This document shows positions 10,161 to 18,230 of a DNA stretch of 64,000 nt, piece by piece (the first letter of the stretch is position 1; each line of letters opens with the position of its first letter). The position numbers and the translations under genes were made by a program. The stretch is from a virus (Duplodnaviria; Caudoviricetes): positions 2,602 through 66,601 of IMG/VR virus record IMGVR_UViG_3300010965_000007. One strand, written 5' to 3'. A model generated the notes under the pieces. It searched no databases, was not told the origin of the DNA, and saw nothing but the letters and a program-made list of their open reading frames with translations.

Positions 10161-11018
10161 TTACAGTTTTTGGAACATTTCTAAAAACGTAGCCGAAGGA
10201 AAGTCCTGTCTTAATGTGTAATTAATTTTATCCATTGTTGTCATCGGAGTCCATTTTCGATTAGTAGCAATTTCCAAAATTTGCTTTCTTAATGCTAGCG
10301 ACATTGGCGCAAATGTTATATGGTCTCCAAATATTTTTAACAACTTTCTATCAAAAGGCAATGAATTAAGAGTTTGATTAGGAACAGAGTAATATTTTGT
10401 ATACCATAAATTTCTTAATTTTAAAACTCCTGTATAGCTTTCCAATAACGCTAACGATTTAAAGTAAGGCCAGCTTAAAAGATCGTAAGGAATATGAGTA
10501 AGCATTAATCCTTTTAACATAGAACGCTGATTATAAGTATCTGGAAACCACGAAATATCGTGTAAGAGTTTTTGCTTACATAATTCTAATATTCTATTGA
10601 CTTTTTGAGACATTTCTAATTTAGCAGGAGTATTGGCTAAACGCAGCTCTACCTCTAACGGGTGTTGTTTATTCCAAACGCTGCTATAACCGCATTGATA
10701 AAAAGTAACTTTATTTTTATTACGGCCTTCTATTTCAAATAGGGATTTTATTATAACCATTTCTTGATAAATTTCAGAAACATATTCTTGTTCTGTTACT
10801 AAAACATATTGATTTTTATCTAAACTGGCTATCATGTTTCTTAAAATAGTGCTAATATTAATCCACACTTCGTCATATTTAACGTCTGGCGGCTGTGCTG
10901 GAATTATTCTTAATGGGTCATAAGGAGCCAACCTTCCCTTAAATATAGTTTCCAGAGCTAAAGACGTTCCGATGGATAAAGGAAAAGCTGAAATAGCCCT
11001 TTTGGCTAAAATTGACAT
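10161..11018 (-). CDS. Conserved jumbo-phage core protein, possibly 5'-nuclease/FEN-like fold
   Basis: 285 aa, N-terminal FPLSIGTSLALE and C-terminal KIFGD. Sits in the SbcD-like block. The fold assignment is tentative. Confidence 0.45.
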   Translation of the reverse strand: MSILAKRAISAFPLSIGTSLALETIFKGRLAPYDPLRIIPAQPPDVKYDEVWINISTILRNMIASLDKNQYVLVTEQEYVSEIYQEMVIIKSLFEIEGRNKNKVTFYQCGYSSVWNKQHPLEVELRLANTPAKLEMSQKVNRILELCKQKLLHDISWFPDTYNQRSMLKGLMLTHIPYDLLSWPYFKSLALLESYTGVLKLRNLWYTKYYSVPNQTLNSLPFDRKLLKIFGDHITFAPMSLALRKQILEIATNRKWTPMTTMDKINYTLRQDFPSATFLEMFQKL

Positions 11019-11503
11019 TCTGGATCTGCTTCCTGGATTAATTTTCGGTAATCTTCAAAATATGAAATTAACCAAGCATACTTTTTAGAAAGGTCTATTA
11101 CTTTTTGACAGGACCCAAAACCATATACATAATAATGAGCAAAAGGCAAATAACTAAGGATTAAAGATTGATAGATATTACGATGGCATTTAAGTTTTAA
11201 ATCTAACCCTTCTTTAAATTTTTTTTCAAAATCATCTAGATGAACTTTTTTTATTATTTTTGATTTAGACTTTGCCTGATGCCCTGTAAGGATTTTAAAT
11301 TCATCATGACAGCATCCAGTGGCTAAGTAATGCCAATACCCCTCTAGGCATAAAAATTTTCCATATAAAGGATGGGTTATTGGTGTTATTGCAAAATTTG
11401 ATAGTAGCCGGCCAAGCAGGGTTTTCCCTTGTGAATATATGTTAATGTGACAGAGCCCATCTTCGTCTGGATTAATTGCTTTTTCTACTAAAATTTTTGT
11501 CAT
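11006..11503 (-). CDS. NADAR-family protein (T4 gp30.3-like ADP-ribose hydrolase fold)
   Basis: HINIYSQGKTLLGRLLSNFA.TP...GKF.CLEGYW matches the LSNFA..PF...G..F..LEG pattern of T4 gp30.3-type NADARs. Confidence 0.65.
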   Translation of the reverse strand: MTKILVEKAINPDEDGLCHINIYSQGKTLLGRLLSNFAITPITHPLYGKFLCLEGYWHYLATGCCHDEFKILTGHQAKSKSKIIKKVHLDDFEKKFKEGLDLKLKCHRNIYQSLILSYLPFAHYYVYGFGSCQKVIDLSKKYAWLISYFEDYRKLIQEADPECQF

Positions 11504-11508
11504 TATAT

Positions 11509-12630
11509 TTAGATAACTTCTTTTAGTTGGGCTAAAAGCATTTCACTTTCCTCGATCGAATAAACTTTCTTTTTTGTAATAGGTTCGATTAACAAACTAA
11601 TGATGTTTTCTTTTGTAATTGTGAAAGCTTCGTAAAAATTATTTTGTAATAAATTAGTTGAAATGTCGCTATTCGTATTTTTAACATCTTTAGTTAGTTT
11701 AATATCGATAAATCGTTTTTTTAATTCTTCAAACGATGAAAAAATTATATGTCCTTTTTTTGCACGAAGACGGCAATTAGAATTTTTTGGCCATTTTTGG
11801 GTCTTTTTACTTATTAAAGAGATAACTTCTTCTATTGTTTCTACTTTAATATTTATTGTTTTGAATATTGCGGCACATTTGTTTTCAATAAATCTAAATC
11901 TCGATAATTCGGTTGGATGAATATTAAAAAGCACTCCTCCTTTTGGTTCTTCTTCTCCATGAGCGTGTCTGTCAATAGATCCTTGTGCAACAATTCTATC
12001 AAAAACACTAAAAGTATGAATGTGGCCAATTGAAATAAAATACTTTACTATAGACAGCCATTGTGTTTCTGAATGCGCAAAGTTTTTTACGCTAGCAAAT
12101 GGAAGTTGGTATGTGAATAAACCATGCATTATGGCAATGTCTGCATGCGTTATTCCAAAATCAGCTAATTGTTTTTTTGCTTGTTGAAATGTTTCTTCCG
12201 AAGATTCTGACCATTCGTCCGGAACGTAAATTATGTATAAATTAAAATCTGGCATATGTTCAATTGAAAGTTTATCGATATAGCGAACATCGGCTTGAAC
12301 TGGACTAAGTAAATTTATTGTTTCAAAAATCTTCGATTGTTTCCAATCGTGGCTAGGAGTTCCTTCGAGCACTCGTAATTTAATAGAATATTCTCTACAA
12401 AAAGAAATTATTCGATGTACCCAGAATATTATTTCAGTGCTATCTGGAGACGGAAACTCCAATAGCCTTTCAAAAACATCTCCAGCTAAAAATAGAATAT
12501 CTAATTTATGTGTGTTTTGATAATTGTCAAAATAAAGTAATAAATTTTTTATAATTTGAGAAGCTTTATTTTGACAAGATCCTAAATGTATATCCGAAAT
12601 TACCAGATAGTTAATAGGTTTTTTTATCAT
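11509..12630 (-). CDS. SbcD/Mre11-like metallophosphoesterase nuclease
   Basis: Five calcineurin-like motifs: SDIHLG, GDVFE, GTPSHD, HG, GHIH. Confidence 0.9.
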   Translation of the reverse strand: MIKKPINYLVISDIHLGSCQNKASQIIKNLLLYFDNYQNTHKLDILFLAGDVFERLLEFPSPDSTEIIFWVHRIISFCREYSIKLRVLEGTPSHDWKQSKIFETINLLSPVQADVRYIDKLSIEHMPDFNLYIIYVPDEWSESSEETFQQAKKQLADFGITHADIAIMHGLFTYQLPFASVKNFAHSETQWLSIVKYFISIGHIHTFSVFDRIVAQGSIDRHAHGEEEPKGGVLFNIHPTELSRFRFIENKCAAIFKTINIKVETIEEVISLISKKTQKWPKNSNCRLRAKKGHIIFSSFEELKKRFIDIKLTKDVKNTNSDISTNLLQNNFYEAFTITKENIISLLIEPITKKKVYSIEESEMLLAQLKEVI

Positions 12631-12640
12631 TTAATAAATT

Positions 12641-13252
12641 TTAAACCTCGTCGCCATCGTCGTCATATATTAAATCTTCAGGAGAATTTAATATTTCTTT
12701 TTTTTCGAGTTTTTTTGATACTTTATTATACCTTATAAAAATTTCATTCCATCTATCAGAGTATTCTTTTTGTCTAGAACCCTTACTAAATATAGCATCT
12801 ACTTTGTCTGCAATTTTTGTATTAACAAACTCCTGCCCTAAAGACGGAGTAATGCTCGCTTTTAATTGATAAAGAGATAATAATTCAGAAAAAGAATCAG
12901 AGTCTAGTTTATTTTCAATATTTATTAAAGATGTATCAAATAGCGGAGGAACATTAAATAAAAAATCTCCATTTAAATCAATGATTGATACTTCTCTCAT
13001 TGGAGATCCGGCTATTGCTATCCATTGCAAATATAATTCATTATTTTCCCCAATAGGCATTTCCCCACAAAAATAAGGCAAAAATTCTGATACAAATAAG
13101 TTTTCTGGCAATTGATGATAAATTATCTCATCTTCAGAAGCTAATTCTAAATAAATTTCCTCTATTTGTTCTTTTAGCTGTTTTTCTTTTTGGGTAGTTG
13201 TTAATTGAATAGTTTCTCTTGCTATTGTTTTTTGCTCTTCTTGACTAGCCAT
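12641..13252 (-). CDS. Conserved hypothetical jumbo-phage protein
   Basis: 203 aa, tightly packed in the core block upstream of the SbcD-like gene. Confidence 0.6.
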   Translation of the reverse strand: MASQEEQKTIARETIQLTTTQKEKQLKEQIEEIYLELASEDEIIYHQLPENLFVSEFLPYFCGEMPIGENNELYLQWIAIAGSPMREVSIIDLNGDFLFNVPPLFDTSLINIENKLDSDSFSELLSLYQLKASITPSLGQEFVNTKIADKVDAIFSKGSRQKEYSDRWNEIFIRYNKVSKKLEKKEILNSPEDLIYDDDGDEV

Positions 13253-13717
13253 TTAAGTGCCTATGGGTGTTCCGTCGTTTGATAGCTTTACTATTGAATT
13301 AAGTTTTGAATTCATTAAGTTGACTAATCTTCCTAGGTTAACTGCTTTTCCTTCGTTATCAACTATTTTTAAAAATAAAGTAATTGCGGCATTATTGCTA
13401 TTTGAGTCTTTTGTTGATTCTGTTATTTCAAGATCTACATAAGGAAAATATCTTCTAAAATATGTGTTTAGCGATTGTGTTAGGCTTGCTATTATTTCAA
13501 GCATATTGCCTCTATGCTCTTGGAGTATCCATGAAAAAGAAGTTATGTGGCCAGTATACAACTGGCTTTGGCTGTAATCCGATAGAAAAAAATGACTAAA
13601 CATGTAATCTACAATAACTGAGCTATCTACGACCCATCCATCTTCAGACAGGGTTGGAAAAAAAGTTTTCAAAGTCTTCATTTTTTGCCTTTGTTTAAAA
13701 ACCTTTTCTAAATGCAA
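13253..13717 (-). CDS. Conserved hypothetical jumbo-phage protein
   Basis: PTLSEDGWV motif; the true start may be the internal MKTLKTFF. Confidence 0.6.
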   Translation of the reverse strand: MHLEKVFKQRQKMKTLKTFFPTLSEDGWVVDSSVIVDYMFSHFFLSDYSQSQLYTGHITSFSWILQEHRGNMLEIIASLTQSLNTYFRRYFPYVDLEITESTKDSNSNNAAITLFLKIVDNEGKAVNLGRLVNLMNSKLNSIVKLSNDGTPIGT

Positions 13718-13771
13718 TTCTTACCATATTTAAAAATGGTAAGAATTGCATTATTGTTAATAGACGTATAT

Positions 13772-14383
13772 TTAAAGAGAACCGCCAAATGGATTTGTAG
13801 GATCTTCTCCTGCTTTAATAAAGCCTTTTATTACATCCCATGTACTTAATATATCATACTTATTTCCAATTGTTAATGGTAAATCATTTTCCATTAATTC
13901 GTCCGGATAAAAATTAACAAACCAACCTTCGTCTTCTGTTTCTTGAATTACGCCATCCATAACTAGTCTATAATCATAATGGTACTTTCCATGGTCTTTT
14001 GGAAAGGTATTTAAATAAGTATCCGCATATCCATAACATATTTGATCATCGTATAATTCCCTTAGTTCTGGGGCCGCCATAATCCATCTCTGCATGACTG
14101 GAGACGCAGTTTGAATATCCTTTAATTCATTTAGTGCCCTTATTTGATTTGGATGGGAAAGTCCTTTAGCCGACTGTATGGCAGCTCTGGCCGCCATAGC
14201 TGCTTCACTGCTTGTCATTTCTTGATAGACGTGTTTAGCTCCCTCAATAAACCTTCTGCCCACATCATTAAGAGTGTCGTTAAAATTTTGAAATTGTCTT
14301 TCAATGTATGATCTATTTACAGAACTTAGTTCTGGATATATTACACTATCAAATGCGTTTACCCCTCCTGTTATAATATTCAT
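13772..14383 (-). CDS. Conserved hypothetical jumbo-phage protein
   Basis: 203 aa, GGVNAFDSVIYP...HYDYRLVMDG; core-block position. Confidence 0.6.
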   Translation of the reverse strand: MNIITGGVNAFDSVIYPELSSVNRSYIERQFQNFNDTLNDVGRRFIEGAKHVYQEMTSSEAAMAARAAIQSAKGLSHPNQIRALNELKDIQTASPVMQRWIMAAPELRELYDDQICYGYADTYLNTFPKDHGKYHYDYRLVMDGVIQETEDEGWFVNFYPDELMENDLPLTIGNKYDILSTWDVIKGFIKAGEDPTNPFGGSL

Positions 14384-14384
14384 A

Positions 14385-14687
14385 TTAATTCTCTTTTGGA
14401 TCTTCTATTACTTCTTTAATCAAAATACGATGTCCATGGCCTTGTAAACAAATAATGTCTTCTAAAAAACAAATAGGAAAAGACGAAGAAACTAAGCTTA
14501 AATGAGGGGCTTTATTTTTTTCTAGCCATTCTATTGTAGGAACCGGAAGTTGTAAAATAATGGTTTTTTCCGCATTGTTTAATTTCCATTCTGGATTTTC
14601 TTTAAATATCTTTCCAATTAATGAATTTCCTCCAAATGTTTCCATAAACCCGTAGTTTAGTTTTACTACTATCGCATCGTCTTTCAT
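14385..14687 (-). CDS. Hypothetical protein
   Basis: 100 aa; promoter-like motif at about 14721. Confidence 0.6.
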   Translation of the reverse strand: MKDDAIVVKLNYGFMETFGGNSLIGKIFKENPEWKLNNAEKTIILQLPVPTIEWLEKNKAPHLSLVSSSFPICFLEDIICLQGHGHRILIKEVIEDPKEN

Positions 14688-14810
14688 AAGGATTCTCTTT
14701 TTTTGCTAATGCTTATAAAGTATATATGCCCATTAAAAATTAAAAAATTAAAAGCCACTCAGTTAGACTTTATCCAAAGCATTACTTGGATAAAGTCTAA
14801 CCAGTTAAAA

Positions 14811-15080
14811 TTATTTGCGGCGACTTCTAAATCTATCGCGTAATGTAGTTACGTCAATGCAATTTTTTCCATTAGCCATAGCAGAAACGTTATCCAGCGT
14901 ATCCGCAATATCTGGAAATTCTGTTAGCCATTGACGATGCTCTGCGCTCCATGTTCTCCATCTTTCAAGTTCTTCCATTTCTTTTTTAGCGACTAGCCAC
15001 TTTATTCGATCTGAAAAGCTCATAAGGCACCTAATGAAGGAAATAGTTTGGTAATGGCGCTTGATCATACTCCTTAACAA
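14811..15080 (-). CDS. Hypothetical protein
   Basis: 89-aa ORF followed by a hairpin at about 14762-14801. The true start may be internal (MSFSDRIKW). Confidence 0.55.
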   Translation of the reverse strand: MLRSMIKRHYQTISFIRCLMSFSDRIKWLVAKKEMEELERWRTWSAEHRQWLTEFPDIADTLDNVSAMANGKNCIDVTTLRDRFRSRRK

Positions 15081-15645
15081 TAAAATCGTGATATGTATCG
15101 GGATCTTTACGAAAGCTTTCTAATCGAATTTGTTCTAAATCATTATACACCTTATCCGGAAAAAAGTGAATTGTGTTTTCATAAAATGTTCCAGTTTTTA
15201 TATTATAAACAGCCATTCTGGGATGTAATTCTCGTTTTTCTATATAGTCTGTTATATAGTCTAAAAACTTCCAATAATAGTGATACCTTATTACATTTAT
15301 AAGCCAATTACATAATTCCAGTGGCTCTATAATTATAAAAACAGGTATTTTTGAACAATCTCGACATTCAGTTGGTTCATATCTCCAATCGTTAAATATA
15401 TCGCTCCATACATATTCATACTCGTCTCTTAGATATCTATACCCACCGCACGATTTACAACACGCCCAGTGACCAATTTTAATATTTAAAAAATAAACAC
15501 GTTGTTCTTTCTCCCATAGTTTTTTATTATACCAAAATCTTACACGCATTAGCGTTCGAAATGCGCGTAAAATTATTCTTATTAAATCAATGACAGCGTT
15601 AATTGCCGCCGAGCACATGCTAGTAAATATCATTAATGGGTTCAT
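15031..15645 (-). CDS. Hypothetical protein with two CxxC motifs
   Basis: CKSC and CRDC motifs; hydrophobic/basic N-terminus. Confidence 0.6.
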   Translation of the reverse strand: MNPLMIFTSMCSAAINAVIDLIRIILRAFRTLMRVRFWYNKKLWEKEQRVYFLNIKIGHWACCKSCGGYRYLRDEYEYVWSDIFNDWRYEPTECRDCSKIPVFIIIEPLELCNWLINVIRYHYYWKFLDYITDYIEKRELHPRMAVYNIKTGTFYENTIHFFPDKVYNDLEQIRLESFRKDPDTYHDFIVKEYDQAPLPNYFLH

Positions 15646-15660
15646 GGTACACCTCGTTGG

Positions 15661-17127
15661 TTATGCTTCTTCAAGCAATAAGAATTTATTGATTGTGTCT
15701 TCTGTTACAATTCTGGGCTGTGAATCAGAAAGCCAATTAGCAAATGTTGCTATTACGGTTTTTGGCATACTTATGTTTCTAGAGAATTGTCTTGGTGAGT
15801 CCAATGTCATAATGTTTTTATGCGGAGATAAATTATACCATAGTTCCCGCATTTTGTTATCAATGGCTAGTGTGAAGTTATAAGAATCTCCATCAAAATC
15901 TCCATTTGGTGCTCTTATGATTAAAATGGATATTCCTACAGTTAAATCTCCTGGGTCGGTTTTTACTTTAGATATTCCTACTAATTGAGCTGATCCTTGC
16001 AATAGAGAAGGATTACGTTGAACAATGCAAGGTATTCTTCCAACTTCAGATTCAGAAATTAATTCTTTAAAAAGATCATCTAAAAGTGGATGATATTCAG
16101 TTACATGCGCATATAGAAAACCAATGGCTTGATTATAGTTATAGCCTAATTTTAATAATTTATTCATTAAGTGCGGTCTAAAAACAGTTGCCCCCACACC
16201 CCATGGGATATGAATTTCGTCATAAAAATGTGGTTTTGTAATAGACGTTACTACTGTTCTAAAACTAAAATGGGCTCTTGATCCAAATATATGCTTTCTA
16301 AGTATTCCTAGTTTTGTTGATAATTTTTCTTTATGAAAATACTCATAATAAGATGCTAATTTTGATATGGCTTTTACCGTTCTATTTTCTTTTTCTGTTA
16401 ATTTTTTTCTAGAGTCCAAATCTACTCCAGTCATTAATCTAATTGCATCCATTGCAATTAGTATTCCTTTATCTATATACACTCCTAAATTTGTTTTTTG
16501 AATAATAAGTAAAGCCCGATTTGGCATTGGTATATATTGGCTAAATACACAATTCATGTTATATATAATTAAATCATACAGATAATCTCGTTTTTTTCCT
16601 TTTAGACGAAATGCTTTTAGTTGAAATAAAAAAGATATTATTTCTAAAAAATTTGTTACAAAATTATTATATCCTCGTTTTATATCTAAGGCGATTAATT
16701 CATCAATTATTTTTGGTTTTTTAATGTTCGATCTATAAGACGTATCGCATATCCATTGCAGAATGCTAAATCCATTTACGCATAATCTGTCTTCTAACAT
16801 TATCCAAACTGTAGGATTTATTAAAGCAATTATTCCTTCTGGAGCTTTAAACCAAATTAATGGATCTATTTCTCCAGCAATAATTGGTTTAACATCGCTA
16901 TAGCATTCTCTACAGTGCTGCCCGATTGAATACCCCCCGCTTAATTTTCCACAATTGCATGAAGGAAGCGCACTTAATGTATCTCCAGTAAAACGCACAC
17001 GAACAAATCCGTCTATTACATCTTTTTCATCTAAAGAAGAATCTAATAAATTATTCAAAATTATTGGTGAATTTTTTAATTGCGAAACCATTTCATCAAA
17101 ATTTATTAACTTTTGATAAACTGGCAT
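15661..17127 (-). CDS. Non-virion RNA polymerase beta' N-terminal (catalytic) subunit, phiKZ gp55-like, uninterrupted
   Basis: N-terminal Zn-ribbon cysteines, RKHIFGSR, QRNPSL, and the catalytic APNGDFDGD motif. Adjacent to chimallin. AGGAG RBS at 17138-17142. Confidence 0.92.
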   Translation of the reverse strand: MPVYQKLINFDEMVSQLKNSPIILNNLLDSSLDEKDVIDGFVRVRFTGDTLSALPSCNCGKLSGGYSIGQHCRECYSDVKPIIAGEIDPLIWFKAPEGIIALINPTVWIMLEDRLCVNGFSILQWICDTSYRSNIKKPKIIDELIALDIKRGYNNFVTNFLEIISFLFQLKAFRLKGKKRDYLYDLIIYNMNCVFSQYIPMPNRALLIIQKTNLGVYIDKGILIAMDAIRLMTGVDLDSRKKLTEKENRTVKAISKLASYYEYFHKEKLSTKLGILRKHIFGSRAHFSFRTVVTSITKPHFYDEIHIPWGVGATVFRPHLMNKLLKLGYNYNQAIGFLYAHVTEYHPLLDDLFKELISESEVGRIPCIVQRNPSLLQGSAQLVGISKVKTDPGDLTVGISILIIRAPNGDFDGDSYNFTLAIDNKMRELWYNLSPHKNIMTLDSPRQFSRNISMPKTVIATFANWLSDSQPRIVTEDTINKFLLLEEA

Positions 17128-17161
17128 TAATTTAAAACTCCTAAAAAAACTTTTAAAAAAA

Positions 17162-17203
17162 AGACACCGGCAACTGCTTTTTTAATAGCAGCGCCAGGTG
17201 TCT
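17162..17203 (-). terminator. Terminator-like hairpin between the minigene array and the RNAP beta' RBS
   Basis: Imperfect stem agacacc-ggc..ctgct / agcag-cgcc-ggtgtct, followed on the minus strand by a T-run (A-run at 17155-17161). Confidence 0.65.
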
Positions 17204-17239
17204 AGTAGTAGGTTTTTTATTCTAATGGTGGCTAATATT

Positions 17240-18181
17240 TTACTGGGGCGGCATAGTTGGCACCTATCTATATTTGGTTATTTATTTTTACTAAAAATGA
17301 GCTTTTTACTCCGGCGGCATTGTTAGCACCTACTTAATGGCATTTTTAATGTTTTGGCATTCATTTAGGAGAGGCGGTTTGCTGGTATTTTGAGCGCCGG
17401 CCAATAAGGGCGGCTTCTCTTAGCAATGCTGATAACGCACCCGTCCTAGTCTCTCACTCGGTATCCAACCGGACCTAGTGAGGCTCCAAAATGTTTTTTA
17501 CTCCGGCGGCATTGTTAGCACCTACTTATAACTAATGTTTTTTTGGCTTTTTCATTTATAAGGGTGTTGAGACATAAGGGCCTTTTAGTCTAGCCGCTTC
17601 TGGTCTCTAATGTGTTTTTACTTCGGCGGCATTGTTAGCACCTACTTATAACTAATGGCTTTTTAGAGGCAAATTATCAGGGTGTTGAGACATAAGGGCC
17701 TTTTAGTCTAGCCGCTTCTGGTCTCTGATGTGTTCTTACTCCGGCGGCATTGTTAGCACCTATTTATAACTAGTTATCTATATTTTTAGGTATGGGATTT
17801 TTCGCTATGAGCATTGGCTTGCGTGCTTAAGTCGCTATTTTTAAAGATAGCTGCTTTTAGCGGCAACGCCGTTTGCTTTTTGCGGCCTTTTAGCGAGCAC
17901 TTAGGCTCTAAAATGTTTTTTTACTTCGGCGGCATTATTAGCACCTATTTATTACTAATTTAATTTTGGAGAACAGAAACTGCGAAGAGGTCAGGCTTTA
18001 CGTATCTATCGCAGCATGTTAGCGATCTATGCGCTATGGACTCTAAAATGATATTCTTACTGGGGCGGCATTTTTAGCACCTATTTAACGGCATTGTTTT
18101 GGAGATATATTATCGAAGCTGCCTTTAGGCGAGCACTTAGGCTCTAAAATGTTTTTTATTGCGGCGGCATTTTAGCACCTT
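17240..18181 (-). repeat. Array of 8 repeats, each an SD-like AGGTG plus an ATG-CCG-CCS-VAR-TAA (Met-Pro-Pro-X-stop) minigene
   Basis: Minigenes at 18156-18170 (MPPQ), 18057-18071 (MPPQ), 17921-17935 (MPPK), 17736-17750 (MPPE), 17618-17632 (MPPK), 17498-17512 (MPPE), 17306-17320 (MPPE), 17240-17254 (MPPQ). ATG-to-ATG periods are 99, 136, 185, 118, 120, 192 and 66 nt. Confidence 0.9.
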
Positions 18182-18230
18182 TTTAAATATTGATACAATT
18201 TTAATTATTACAAAATATTGCTATATTATA

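Noticed and set aside
17328-18096. Extra mini-ORFs MPLSRC* (about 17324-17344) and MPLNRC* (about 18074-18094) overlapping the next unit's SD
   Set aside because: Present in only two units and without an SD of their own; probably remnants of unit duplication.
17240-18181. Interpreting the repeat array as a CRISPR array
   Set aside because: Unit periods are irregular (66-192 nt), spacers are duplicated or related, the repeat decodes as SD + ORF, and no cas gene is present in the window.
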